The translations under genes were made by a program, and so were the position numbers. This document shows, piece after piece, positions 39,804 to 50,230 of a stretch of 64,000 nt of DNA (its first letter is position 1; each line of letters starts with the position of its first letter). The stretch is from Bacillota bacterium (GTDB taxonomy: Bacteria; Bacillota; DTU065), in assembly GCA_018435125.1 (NCBI GenBank), contig JAHDNZ010000022.1, positions 13,196-77,195 of the forward strand. The letters run 5' to 3'. The notes beneath the pieces are model-generated. The model ran no database searches and was not told the DNA's origin. It was given only the letters and a program-made list of their open reading frames with translations.

Positions 39804-40397
39804 ATGGCAACAATTGGTCTGGATAAACTTTATTATGCGACCATCACAGATGATGAAAATGGCGAAGAAATCTATGGCACACCCACTCAGCTGGCAAAAG
39901 CGATCTCAGCCGAGTTATCTGTTGAACTGGCAGAGGCAACCCTCTATGCAGATGATGGTGCGGCAGAAATCGTTAAAGAATTTAAAAATGGCACTATCTC
40001 TCTTGGAGTGGATGATATTGGCTCGACTACTGCAGCCGCCTTAACCGGAGTCACGGTTGATAAGAACAACGTTGTGGTTTCTAACAGTGAAGATGGCGGG
40101 GATCCTGTGGCTGTCGGTTTTAGAGCAAAGAAATCCAATGGCAAGTATAAATACTACTGGCTCTACCGAGTGAAATTCGGTATTCCTGCGACAAACCTAG
40201 CGACTAAAGGTGACAGCATCACTTTCTCAACACCGACTATTGAAGGAACGGTTCTAAGAAGAAACAAAGCAGATACCAATGGAAAGCATCCGTGGAAAGC
40301 AGAAGTAACCGAAGGCGATAAGGATGTACCACCATCTGTTATTAGTGGCTGGTATACAGAAGTCTATGAACCGGATTACACAGTTACGGAGGGCTAA
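39804..40397 (+). CDS. Major tail protein
   Basis: MATIGLDKLYYATITDDENGEEIYGTPTQLAKAI; position before chaperones/TMP. Confidence 0.7.
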   Translation: MATIGLDKLYYATITDDENGEEIYGTPTQLAKAISAELSVELAEATLYADDGAAEIVKEFKNGTISLGVDDIGSTTAAALTGVTVDKNNVVVSNSEDGGDPVAVGFRAKKSNGKYKYYWLYRVKFGIPATNLATKGDSITFSTPTIEGTVLRRNKADTNGKHPWKAEVTEGDKDVPPSVISGWYTEVYEPDYTVTEG

Positions 40398-40400
40398 GCA

Positions 40401-40784
40401 ATGGATAACGAACGAACAGCAAGCATTAATATTGGTGGCGATGAATATGTGCTACTACTTACCACAAAGGCAACAAAGGAGATTGCAGGACGTTATGGTG
40501 GTCTTGAAAATCTAGGCGATAAGCTAATGAAGTCTGAGAATGTTGAGATGGCACTTTCAGAGATTGTGTGGCTGATTACCTTACTGGCCAATCAAAGTAC
40601 CCTTGTCTATAACATCAAGCACAAGGATGCACCGAAGGAATTACTAACAGAAGATGAGGTGGAAATTCTCACAAGCCCGATTGATTTGGCAGAGTACAAA
40701 GAGGCAATAATGAATGCCCTTTACAAGGGTGCAAAAAGAAATGTACTCAGTGAGGAAAGCCCAAAAAACGCAGTAGCCCCGTAA
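40401..40784 (+). CDS. Tail assembly chaperone (G-like)
   Basis: Position; ends next to slippery heptamer A_AAA_AAC. Confidence 0.65.
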   Translation: MDNERTASINIGGDEYVLLLTTKATKEIAGRYGGLENLGDKLMKSENVEMALSEIVWLITLLANQSTLVYNIKHKDAPKELLTEDEVEILTSPIDLAEYKEAIMNALYKGAKRNVLSEESPKNAVAP

Positions 40785-40969
40785 GTGACGAAGAGTTATT
40801 TACGAGGCTTTTATATTACGGCATCAGTCTATTACATCTGACCATGGATGAATTTTGGCTGATGCCGTTTGGTTTGCTACTAGACTTGTGGGAGTGCCAC
40901 AAACAGTATCAGGGGCTGGCAAAACCAAAAAGAGAGATATTTATCGATGACATTATCCCTGATGGAATC
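40769..40969 (+). CDS. -1 frameshift extension of tail assembly chaperone (GT-like product)
   Basis: Slippery A AAA AAC at 40763-40769; -1 frame open to TGA 40967-40969 encoding RSSPVSDEELFTRLLYYGISLLHLTMDEFWLMPFGLLLDLWECHKQ... Confidence 0.55.
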
Positions 40970-40980
40970 TGACAAAGGAG

Positions 40981-43596
40981 GTGGAAAGCATGGCAGATAA
41001 TTTCGGCTTGAAAATCGGTCTTGAAGGCGAGAAAGAATTTAAGAAAGCACTAACAGATATCAATCGTTCCTTTAAAGTACTTGGCTCTGAAATGAAACTG
41101 GTAGCCTCAGAATTTGATAAAAACGATAAGTCTGTACAGGCACTTTCCGCCAGAAATTCAGTCCTCAATAAAGAGATTGAAACCCAAAAAAGCAAAATTG
41201 ATACCTTGAGGTCGGCTCTAGAAAATGCAGCTACCTCCTTTGGAGAAACTGATAGAAGAACACAAAACTGGCAGATTCAATTGAACAATGCTGAGGCGGC
41301 ACTCAACAATATGGAGCGAGAGTTAAGTAGCAATAACGCTGCTCTTGAAGAGGCAAACTCCAATTATGATGATGCCGAAGATGCTCTCGATGACGTGAAC
41401 CGTGAAATGAACGATGTCACCGACAGTGCAGATGATATGGGAAAAGAGATTGATGAGGCGGCTGACTCCGCTGAAAAGTCTGAATCTAAGTTTAAAGGCT
41501 TAGGTACAACTCTAAAATCAATCGGCATTGCGATGGGAGCTGTTGCTGTTGCAGCAGGTGCGGCGGCTGTCAAACTTGGTAAAGAAGTTATTTCCGCTTA
41601 TGCCGATTACGAACAATTAGTCGGTGGTGTGGATACGCTTTTTAAAGAGAATTCTCAGCAATTACAAGACTACGCATCGAATGCCTATAAGACAGCAGGT
41701 CTTTCTGCGAATGACTACATGGAAACGGTCACTTCGTTTTCTGCAAGCCTTATTTCTTCTCTTGGAGGAGATACTGAAAAAGCTGTTGAATATGCGGATA
41801 TGGCGATTACTGATATGTCTGACAATGCCAATAAAATGGGTACAGACATGGAGTCCATTCAAAATGCCTATCAGGGCTTTGCCAAACAAAATTACACCAT
41901 GCTCGATAATCTTAAGCTTGGTTATGGCGGTACAAAAAGTGAAATGGAGCGGCTCCTTGCCGATGCCGAGGCTATCTCTGGCATTGAGTACGATGTTTCT
42001 TCTTATGCCGATGTGGTTTCTGCCATCCATGTCATTCAAGAAAGCATGGGCATTGCTGGTACGACTGCTCTTGAGGCAGAGGAGACTATTTCAGGGTCCT
42101 TGAATGCTTTTGAATCTGCTTTACAAAATCTTTTAGTTGGTTTTGGAAATGCCGATGCGGATATGGAACAACTCAGTAAAAACATGGTGGATGCCTTTCA
42201 GTCGGTGGTAAAAAACATTACTCCAGTGATTGAAAATATCGTAAAGGCCCTGCCCATAGCAATTGAAGCATTATTGGATGCGGTTTCTGATTTGTTACCG
42301 ACACTACTTACTACGGTGACAGATTTATTTACTCAGGTACTGAACGCATTAATGAGTCTACTCCCTACCCTGATACCGGTAGCGGTTGATTCCATTCTCA
42401 CGATTGTCAATGCCTTGATTGAAAACCTACCACTTCTAGTGGATGCAGCCGTTCAGTTAATTGCAGCCTTAGTGGATGGTCTTGGGCAGGCACTGCCAGA
42501 ACTGATTCCAGCGGCTGTCAATGCAATCACTACGATTGTACAAGGTTTGGTGGATAATCTACCCATGCTCCTAGATGCAGCTCTGCAGTTAATTCTTGGC
42601 TTGGCTCAGGGGCTTCTTGAAGCAATACCACAACTGATTGAAGCACTTCCTACGCTTATATTGGCAATTGTTGATTTTATCATTGGCGCAATCCCTCAGA
42701 TTATAGATGCTGGTATTCAGTTACTAACATCGCTGGTTGCAGCTTTGCCTGAAATTATTACGGCTATAGTAGAGGCGATTCCACAGATTATTGATGGAAT
42801 ATTAAATGGGATTTTAAGTTCGATCCCACAACTGATTCAAGCGGGTGTCGACTTACTTGTTGCACTGATTCAAAATCTACCGGTTATTATTACCACCATT
42901 GTGGCGGCAATCCCTCAAATCATTTCAAGTATTGTAAATGCCTTGATTGGAAACATCGACAAGATCATTATGGCAGGGGTTCAGCTATTTGTAGCACTCA
43001 TTCAGAATTTACCAACCATTGTGGTAGAGATCGTAAAAGCTGTGCCTCAGATTATTGGCGGCATCGTCAGAGCATTTGCAAACTCCATGGGTTCCATCGT
43101 GACGGTGGGTGGCAACATTGTAAAAGGACTATGGCAGGGTATTCAATCCCTTGCTTCTTGGTTATGGAATAAAGTGAGTGGTTGGATTAGTGGCATTTGG
43201 ACTGGCATCAAGGATTTCTTCGGTATCAAATCACCATCGAAACAGATGGGGTGGGTTGGTGAAATGCTTGTGAAAGGTCTTGCAGGTTCTATCCAAGATA
43301 ACGGTGATGAGGCTGTGAAAGCGGCTGAGATGATGAGCGAGGATATCAACGATGTGATGACCAGTCTGGCCAGTGATATGAGTACGTCCTTGCCTACAGA
43401 CTTTTCAGTGGATACTTCTGTAGGCGGCGTGATTTCAAATGCAGCGACCTCTTCCCTAGGCGGCGTCAGTGGGTCGCTAGTTACTGTACAGCAGATGATT
43501 GTACGAAGTGAAGATGATATCAGAAGGGTATCTCAGGAACTTTATAACTTAATTCAGACAGGCTCTCGTGCTCAGGGTCGGTTTTCTACAACATAA
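40981..43596 (+). CDS. Tail tape measure protein (871 aa)
   Basis: N-terminal coiled coil, central periodic hydrophobic repeats (LPxLIxAxVxALIxNLP...), position. Confidence 0.85.
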   Translation: MESMADNFGLKIGLEGEKEFKKALTDINRSFKVLGSEMKLVASEFDKNDKSVQALSARNSVLNKEIETQKSKIDTLRSALENAATSFGETDRRTQNWQIQLNNAEAALNNMERELSSNNAALEEANSNYDDAEDALDDVNREMNDVTDSADDMGKEIDEAADSAEKSESKFKGLGTTLKSIGIAMGAVAVAAGAAAVKLGKEVISAYADYEQLVGGVDTLFKENSQQLQDYASNAYKTAGLSANDYMETVTSFSASLISSLGGDTEKAVEYADMAITDMSDNANKMGTDMESIQNAYQGFAKQNYTMLDNLKLGYGGTKSEMERLLADAEAISGIEYDVSSYADVVSAIHVIQESMGIAGTTALEAEETISGSLNAFESALQNLLVGFGNADADMEQLSKNMVDAFQSVVKNITPVIENIVKALPIAIEALLDAVSDLLPTLLTTVTDLFTQVLNALMSLLPTLIPVAVDSILTIVNALIENLPLLVDAAVQLIAALVDGLGQALPELIPAAVNAITTIVQGLVDNLPMLLDAALQLILGLAQGLLEAIPQLIEALPTLILAIVDFIIGAIPQIIDAGIQLLTSLVAALPEIITAIVEAIPQIIDGILNGILSSIPQLIQAGVDLLVALIQNLPVIITTIVAAIPQIISSIVNALIGNIDKIIMAGVQLFVALIQNLPTIVVEIVKAVPQIIGGIVRAFANSMGSIVTVGGNIVKGLWQGIQSLASWLWNKVSGWISGIWTGIKDFFGIKSPSKQMGWVGEMLVKGLAGSIQDNGDEAVKAAEMMSEDINDVMTSLASDMSTSLPTDFSVDTSVGGVISNAATSSLGGVSGSLVTVQQMIVRSEDDIRRVSQELYNLIQTGSRAQGRFSTT
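42240..43080 (+). repeat. Imperfect tandem ~33-nt / 11-aa periodic repeats within tape measure gene
   Basis: Repeated IPQIIDAGIQLL / IPQLIQAGVDLL / IPQIISSIVNAL units. Confidence 0.6.
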
Positions 43597-43608
43597 GGAG
43601 GTGTGCCG

Positions 43609-44385
43609 ATGGGTTTTTCATATGACGATATTTCTTCAAAAAGCATGGGACTAAAAGCCAGGCTCACTTCCTGGCAGGTCTGTGGAGGAATGCGAAATTT
43701 TACCACCACCGTACCTGGAAAGTATGGTGTGACAGACTTTGGGGCTGATTTTGATTACCGAGAAATCAATGTAGCTTGTAATATCTATCCTAAGCATAGC
43801 TTTTCTTCTCTGGTGAGTACCCTTGACGAACTTTCAACATGGCTTGATCCCATGCAAGGTTTAAAAGAACTTGTTTTTGATGATGTACCAGACAGGTATT
43901 TCATGGCGAGGCTGAATGAAAAAGTGGACTGTGAACGACTCATTCGTTTTGCAGGAAGTTTTAACTTGAAGTTTTTCTGCCCTGACCCATTTGCTTATGC
44001 CATTACGGATGAAAATTATTTAATAGAAAGCGAAGGAAGTCACACGATTTTAAGACAGACCGGCAATGTTGAATCCAATCCTATGTATCGCTTGAAGGGA
44101 ATCATCACATCGGGTGTGAACAATTCTATTTCTGTTACAACCAATGGCTTGGAAATGAAAATAGTGAATGCTGTACTTTTGGCGGAAGAAACACTTGTCA
44201 TTAATACAGATAAGATGACGGCTTATGTGGAAGACGAAAACGGGATCATCTTAAGAAACGCTTTGCCTTACCTAGAGGAGATTGATTTTCCAAGTCTCAA
44301 TGTAGGCAATAATACCCTAGCAATAACAACAAATAATGCTGTATTTACAGCGCTTGAAATAAAGGCTGGTAGTAGATGGAGGTGA
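43609..44385 (+). CDS. Distal tail protein (Dit)
   Basis: AGGAGG RBS; position after TMP. Confidence 0.6.
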   Translation: MGFSYDDISSKSMGLKARLTSWQVCGGMRNFTTTVPGKYGVTDFGADFDYREINVACNIYPKHSFSSLVSTLDELSTWLDPMQGLKELVFDDVPDRYFMARLNEKVDCERLIRFAGSFNLKFFCPDPFAYAITDENYLIESEGSHTILRQTGNVESNPMYRLKGIITSGVNNSISVTTNGLEMKIVNAVLLAEETLVINTDKMTAYVEDENGIILRNALPYLEEIDFPSLNVGNNTLAITTNNAVFTALEIKAGSRWR

Positions 44386-44389
44386 TCCA

Positions 44390-46915
44390 GTGGCACTAAA
44401 AACAATTTTAAATAAACAGACAGATTTTACGGGAGAGTTTCCGATCGAGTATGCAAAATCTGGACTGTGGCGATTTAATGATGTATCGGTAGATGAAAAC
44501 GGTTATCTTGCAGACTCTTCTGGATTAGACAGAAAAATAGAGCTTGTCAATTATCTAGGAACAACTGCGAGCCTTCTAAGTGGCCAAAAAGGGAGACAAA
44601 TCCGAATCAACATCAACAATCCCGCTACAGAAAAAACCTGCCTTAAAGTGGCCAATGATGGTACGTTCTTTTCTGAAATGGGAGAACGAATCATCGTTGG
44701 TGGTTGGATGATACCGACTACTTATTCGGTAGGAAATACCTATTGCCCCATATTAAATACGCGCTATGGTCCTGGTCAGCCAATCTTTTACCTGTCGCTC
44801 TTTGCAGGCAGACCTAGAATCATGCTTTATAACGCTAGTGGTTCTCTCATACTCGACCAAACAACCACGCCGCCTTTTTCACTTATCAATGGTGGTGTGT
44901 ATTTTATTTGCATGGTCATAGAGCCAAACAATAAAAATGCATGGATTGTACTAGGAGATAGGACGAATGAGATAAGCTGGGTATCCCCGACCTATTCCTT
45001 TACAGGCTCACTAAACCCTTCTTGTACGGCCGACATCATTATGGGCATGCATGCGGATGCCTATTGGTATGCTGGAAGATTTGATGATTGGTTTTTTGAT
45101 ATGGATTCCAGTCTTACAGTGGATGATTTGATTGATTATTTCAATGGGTCTCTTTTGACTAACGGGGGTGATATGGGCGGTGCTGTTGACGCCCTTACCA
45201 TTCCGGGAGTTGTGAGTTTAAGGGAGACAGAAGGTGTCTATCCAACGGAAGGAACACTATATACGGCTCCGGCAACGTGTAATCTATCTGGCACAGGTCG
45301 GATCTCCGTTACCAGTGAATATATTTCTGGGGTAACTGCAGTTGGGCCAATAGAAACCTCAACAAGCGATGACCTAGTTCATTGGAGTGATTGGGCAGCC
45401 ATCGCACTTGATGGAAAACTGACGTCTCCCAATAAGGCATACATTCGTTTTAGAGTCACGCTTACTACCACAGATACGAGTAAGACTCCACGAATTATTG
45501 ATATCAGGCTATATGACATTCCAAAGTCACCTTATGAAAGGATTGGTTTTTCAAGACCGGTCGTACTGGATTCAAATGGGGCTTGGGAGGCTGTGTTAGA
45601 AAATGCTTATAACATTGTGGTAACCGGTGAAATCAATGGCGAGGATACGCTCTCCTTTATGATCCCCTACCGTGATCCCAAGCGGGGATTTATTGATAGT
45701 GAAAAGAAAATCCAGATTGTTGATGACGTCTACAAAGTAAGGACTTTGACGGATACAAAAGACAGCGAAGGAAATCTAGCGACTGAAGTGTATGCTGAGG
45801 CAGAGTTTTATGACCTGACTTTTTCAGTGCGAAAAGAAGAGCATAAATTTGATGCAGAAACTGCTGAAGTCTCCATGGCTTATGCCTTAGAAGGAACAGA
45901 GTGGAGTGTAGGCACAGTCAATGTGCGAACCAAAAGAACCTGGACGAGTACAGAAAAGAATGCACTTTCCATCCTTCGCACGGTTGCTGACTTACACGGT
46001 GGAGACCTTGTCTTTGATTGCCCGAATAGACTGGTCCATCTCTTAACGGTCTATGGTACGGATAGTGGTGCATTGTTCGCCTATAAGAAAAATATGAAGA
46101 GCATTAAAAGAGTCGTTGATACCAGAAGTCTTGTAACAAGGCTCTATGCCATTGGTAGCGAGGGTCTTACTTTTGCAGACATCAATGGAGGAAAGGCATA
46201 TGTGGAGGACTATACTTATTCGTCTGATGTTCGAATATCAACGCTTGATTGTTCTTCCTTTACCAATCCCTATCAGATGAAAGAATATACCGAGATGAGG
46301 CTTGCTCAGTATTCAAAACCAAACATCTCTTATGTTTTAAACGCAATGGATTTATCGGTGTTAACGGGTTATGAGCATGAAGCATGGTCGCTTGGCGATT
46401 ATGTTCATGTACAAGATAAAGATTTAGGACTGTCGGTGACAACTCGTGTTATACGAAGAGAATATAACTTACAAGAACCATGGAATACAGTATTAGAACT
46501 ATCTACTACCCTTAAAAATCTGGGTAGTTCTGCAAGCCAGTGGGATAACGTGGCAGATTCTCTAGAAGGCACAAGTATGGTTACAAACAATGATATCCGT
46601 GAAATGGTGCCATTTAATTTATTGCGAAATTCTCGTGGTGATGATGCGATGGCTTATTGGGTTAACTCAGGCTTTGAAGTAGATGGTGATAACGGCGTGA
46701 GCGGTACTGCATCGTTTAAAGCAATGGGTGTAGCCAATATGACAAAGAGCATGGCTCAGACCATCTATCCAGCGAATCGTTCTAGCTACACACTCTCGGC
46801 ACAAATCGCATCTGAAAACCTAGAAAAGCTGAGTAGCGACTCACAGGTTGGCATTGAAGTGGTTATTGAATATGAAGATGGGACGACAGAAACAAGATTT
46901 ATTGATTTGTATTAA
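44390..46915 (+). CDS. Tail-associated lysin / tail fibre protein (Tal, prophage tail endopeptidase family)
   Basis: 841 aa; position after Dit. Confidence 0.6.
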   Translation: MALKTILNKQTDFTGEFPIEYAKSGLWRFNDVSVDENGYLADSSGLDRKIELVNYLGTTASLLSGQKGRQIRININNPATEKTCLKVANDGTFFSEMGERIIVGGWMIPTTYSVGNTYCPILNTRYGPGQPIFYLSLFAGRPRIMLYNASGSLILDQTTTPPFSLINGGVYFICMVIEPNNKNAWIVLGDRTNEISWVSPTYSFTGSLNPSCTADIIMGMHADAYWYAGRFDDWFFDMDSSLTVDDLIDYFNGSLLTNGGDMGGAVDALTIPGVVSLRETEGVYPTEGTLYTAPATCNLSGTGRISVTSEYISGVTAVGPIETSTSDDLVHWSDWAAIALDGKLTSPNKAYIRFRVTLTTTDTSKTPRIIDIRLYDIPKSPYERIGFSRPVVLDSNGAWEAVLENAYNIVVTGEINGEDTLSFMIPYRDPKRGFIDSEKKIQIVDDVYKVRTLTDTKDSEGNLATEVYAEAEFYDLTFSVRKEEHKFDAETAEVSMAYALEGTEWSVGTVNVRTKRTWTSTEKNALSILRTVADLHGGDLVFDCPNRLVHLLTVYGTDSGALFAYKKNMKSIKRVVDTRSLVTRLYAIGSEGLTFADINGGKAYVEDYTYSSDVRISTLDCSSFTNPYQMKEYTEMRLAQYSKPNISYVLNAMDLSVLTGYEHEAWSLGDYVHVQDKDLGLSVTTRVIRREYNLQEPWNTVLELSTTLKNLGSSASQWDNVADSLEGTSMVTNNDIREMVPFNLLRNSRGDDAMAYWVNSGFEVDGDNGVSGTASFKAMGVANMTKSMAQTIYPANRSSYTLSAQIASENLEKLSSDSQVGIEVVIEYEDGTTETRFIDLY

Positions 46916-46924
46916 GGAGGTGGA

Positions 46925-47125
46925 TTGGTGGCTTATTTTTCAAGAACATCAGAAAAGATACTCCCAGAAAGCTACTCTTCAAAAGTAAAATCCATTACCA
47001 TCCGTGTCTGTGTCACAAATTGCACCGGCACTTTTTATATTACGGATCTCTTTTTACAAGCAGGCTCAGTGGTCACGGGATGGGTAGGTCATCCCTGTGA
47101 AATAAGGTGGACGTTAGATGGTTAA
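46925..47125 (+). CDS. Small tail-region protein, paralogous to N-terminus of next gene
   Basis: Shared motif CTGtFYITDLFLQAGSVVTGW vs CTGMIWFTDIQLQEGPVLNGY. Confidence 0.45.
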   Translation: MVAYFSRTSEKILPESYSSKVKSITIRVCVTNCTGTFYITDLFLQAGSVVTGWVGHPCEIRWTLDG

Positions 47126-47702
47126 GGTTAAATTTATCAGGTTAGCGGAAGTGATAAATAAAAAACAAGATAAGCGTGTCATGAGTGTAAGCATAAAACC
47201 TACCCTCTATGATTGCACTGGCATGATTTGGTTTACGGACATCCAGTTACAAGAAGGACCTGTTCTAAATGGTTATGCACCTCATACAGAAAGTAGGTTA
47301 GAAAAACTAAAGGAAGATGGCAGTATCAAGAATCCTGTTTGGTTTAACGGTGTGGTCCGTTCAGAGGAAACCATTATTTTATTTAATGTTGGTGAAACCT
47401 CTGCAGGACTTGATATTCATATCTATCCAAAGCTTTCTATGTCTGCTGGAACAGTGAAACTAAGCCAAGGTATAGGAGGGCAACAGGTCTCCTTCCCTGG
47501 AACCATTGGAAAAGATGTTGATTTGGCGCTCCTAGCATCCACGCGAACTTGTACCAAAAACGGAGTCAGCGAACCCAAAGAGGGGTTCTATCAGTACAGT
47601 GCTGCCTGGGACTCAAAGCACAAAGTGATCCTTGAAAAAGGGAAATCTGCAAGAGTGCTGTTTACCATGCAGGAAATGCAAGACGGAGGTGAACCATTCT
47701 AA
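47118..47702 (+). CDS. Tail-region hypothetical protein (paralogous domain + extension)
   Basis: 194 aa, see previous. Confidence 0.5.
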   Translation: MVKVKFIRLAEVINKKQDKRVMSVSIKPTLYDCTGMIWFTDIQLQEGPVLNGYAPHTESRLEKLKEDGSIKNPVWFNGVVRSEETIILFNVGETSAGLDIHIYPKLSMSAGTVKLSQGIGGQQVSFPGTIGKDVDLALLASTRTCTKNGVSEPKEGFYQYSAAWDSKHKVILEKGKSARVLFTMQEMQDGGEPF

Positions 47703-50170
47703 TGGAACGACTAAAAGGCAAGAAAATCATGGTGTGGACTTTTATGGGAAATGCACGGATGTATGAAGCTTTAGAGAAATACGGAGACCGGATTGATACC
47801 ATCGGTCTTTTTTCTTTTAAGGTACGAGCTACCGGGGAGATTGTTGAGAGTGGTGTCACCATCAGCAGTATGCTCCCCTACATCAACCGTTATCGTCACA
47901 TCAAATGGCTACTAACCATCGCCAATGATGGTGCAAATAGTATTTTTAGAGCATTGAGAGATAACACGAATGGCGCTCAGGAACTGTTTCTATCCGAGCT
48001 TATTCGTATTATGAAAAAGTATCCTTGGTGCGATGGTATTGATATTGACCTAGAAAGAGGCGATGACTATTCCACTCATGCTGAGTCAACGACCATGTTT
48101 AAAAATATTTACAACACCATCAAAGCCTATGATTCAAGTAAACTGATGAATATTTGCCTTCCAGGTATGACCAGCGTGAATGGTTCTGTAGGTGGTGAGA
48201 ACTGGTGCGTCTATGGTGACCTAGACCCTTATTGCGATACCGCATCAATTATGAGTTATGGTATGGCTTGGTCAGGTTCTGCACCGGGACCTGTATCTCC
48301 AAGGAGCTGGCTTGAAGGGATTTATGATTATGCCGTTACAGTGATGAATCCCGATAAGATTTTCTTTGGGATGCCTGCATACGGTTGGAACTGGCAAATC
48401 TATGACACACCAGAAAACCTAGGTAAAGCCTATAGGGGAACGTCTCATACCTACTATGCGGTAAAATACTGGATGACAGGAGCCTATAATTTCACAGACG
48501 ATGCGCCTCCTCAACCGTTTATTCCCATCGTGGCTTACTGGGATGATGAGAATAAAGTACCTTGGGCTTTGCCGCATGTCTACGATTATATGGAAGGAAG
48601 AGATGCCACTCACTATAGCTATCCACTCTTATCTGCAAGCTACAATGGAAGACAGTATCTGACGGCCTATGGCAAACAACAAAAGTCAGCCTTTGGTACT
48701 GTTTATGTGGATCATGATGCCATGCCGGATAGTTATTCTGGTGTTGTTTCTGTTTCTAATAGCGTCACAACACTGGGGGATGAAGGTGCGGCAACCTATC
48801 ATTTTACGCTTGCTCAGGCAGGTACTTATGATGTAGCAGTAAAGCTAGGCTTTCCCTTTTGGGATAAGAATAGCATCCGCATCTCTATTGATGGGAGTGT
48901 AGTAGATTTTTCTGAAAACAGACTGTGGTGGCCTTATTGGAGAACGACTTTCTGGACGGTACTGAAAAAAGGAGTGAGCCTTTCTCAAGGAACACATACC
49001 ATCACCATTTCCCTTGGTACAAAAGGAGTACAGTTTTATGGATTTAGGGTTTGTTCTTCATTTTCTGAGGAGCCAACAGTAGGTGAAGCAGAATATACAC
49101 TTGCTCCTAGACATTTCAAAGATGTAAATGGTGACATGGTAGGACCTGCCACAGGCTTCAAGCTGACACTTGAGATGCTTAGAAGAAAAGCAGATTCTGC
49201 ACTGGTGTGGTATGAGGATTTTAGAGATAATCCACCTCTTCCCCAAAGCTACTGGACAACATTATCAGGCGAATGGAGTGTTTGGCAAGATACAAGCAGT
49301 TCGATGAATAGACCCTATTCCCAACTGGAGGGTAAGGGGCAGTTAGCATGGAACTACAACAATTTTTCAGATATACATTTAAGGGCGCAGATTATTTTTC
49401 CCGAGACCTTTAGTGGCAAGGCAGGTGTTTTTATTGGAACGAATTATTGTTGCTTTAATTATGATAACCAGCGTATTGAACTGTATGAAGGTTCTACTTT
49501 AAAAGGTAGTTATGCCACTAGCTTTTCAAAAACATCGGCCGCAAACATTCGATCGAATCCAAGCTTTTACACTCTAGAAATTCGAAAGCGTGGCAATCAA
49601 GTGCGGGTCTATTCCTCTGCATCCAATACACTGCGCTTTACAGCCACTTGCTCGGATGTGACAGGGTATGCAGGTATTCGTTCGGATAATAAAGTCCATT
49701 GCCAGTTGCTTCGCTTAGGCGATGCTTGGACCTATGAGCCTTATGAACGCTTTGACGTGCTTATGCCAGATGGAATATTTAAAACTTATGGTCGGCTATC
49801 AAGAAGTAACTGTTCTTGGGATGATGAGTTTCAAGTGTTTACTTTAACAGCAGACCTTGAAGAATCAGCCACAAGAAGCGAAAGCATCTCCCTAGATTAT
49901 GATTTTTTTCATTCAGATATGATGCCATCCATCCAGTGCGGAAAGGACTACAGTGTCACCATCATTCCAAGGGATATTAACATCTGGATATCTCGTCTTT
50001 TCTTAGGTGATGGTGACGGATTTTCCATTCTTTATTATCAGGATGTGGATAGCCTTGTGTACTGGGCAAATGAAGCAGCTTATCGGTGGAAACTTCGAGG
50101 CATGTGTATGTGGTCACTAGGCCAGGAGGATTTAAGACTCTGGGAGTGGCTACCAAAACAAATAGAGTAA
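47702..50170 (+). CDS. Tail protein with N-terminal GH18-like (chitinase/SleL-like) glycoside hydrolase domain
   Basis: GH18 catalytic box DGIDIDLE (cf. DGxDxDWE); 822 aa. Confidence 0.6.
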   Translation: MERLKGKKIMVWTFMGNARMYEALEKYGDRIDTIGLFSFKVRATGEIVESGVTISSMLPYINRYRHIKWLLTIANDGANSIFRALRDNTNGAQELFLSELIRIMKKYPWCDGIDIDLERGDDYSTHAESTTMFKNIYNTIKAYDSSKLMNICLPGMTSVNGSVGGENWCVYGDLDPYCDTASIMSYGMAWSGSAPGPVSPRSWLEGIYDYAVTVMNPDKIFFGMPAYGWNWQIYDTPENLGKAYRGTSHTYYAVKYWMTGAYNFTDDAPPQPFIPIVAYWDDENKVPWALPHVYDYMEGRDATHYSYPLLSASYNGRQYLTAYGKQQKSAFGTVYVDHDAMPDSYSGVVSVSNSVTTLGDEGAATYHFTLAQAGTYDVAVKLGFPFWDKNSIRISIDGSVVDFSENRLWWPYWRTTFWTVLKKGVSLSQGTHTITISLGTKGVQFYGFRVCSSFSEEPTVGEAEYTLAPRHFKDVNGDMVGPATGFKLTLEMLRRKADSALVWYEDFRDNPPLPQSYWTTLSGEWSVWQDTSSSMNRPYSQLEGKGQLAWNYNNFSDIHLRAQIIFPETFSGKAGVFIGTNYCCFNYDNQRIELYEGSTLKGSYATSFSKTSAANIRSNPSFYTLEIRKRGNQVRVYSSASNTLRFTATCSDVTGYAGIRSDNKVHCQLLRLGDAWTYEPYERFDVLMPDGIFKTYGRLSRSNCSWDDEFQVFTLTADLEESATRSESISLDYDFFHSDMMPSIQCGKDYSVTIIPRDINIWISRLFLGDGDGFSILYYQDVDSLVYWANEAAYRWKLRGMCMWSLGQEDLRLWEWLPKQIE

Positions 50171-50230
50171 TCAAAGGAACATCTGCAAAAGTAGGTGTTC
50201 TTTTTATTTCATCAAAAGGAGGAATTTTAA

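Noticed and set aside
41364-42103. Overlapping ORFs inside tape-measure gene (both strands)
   Set aside because: They are embedded in the repetitive tape-measure coding sequence, with no RBS and no homology signal.
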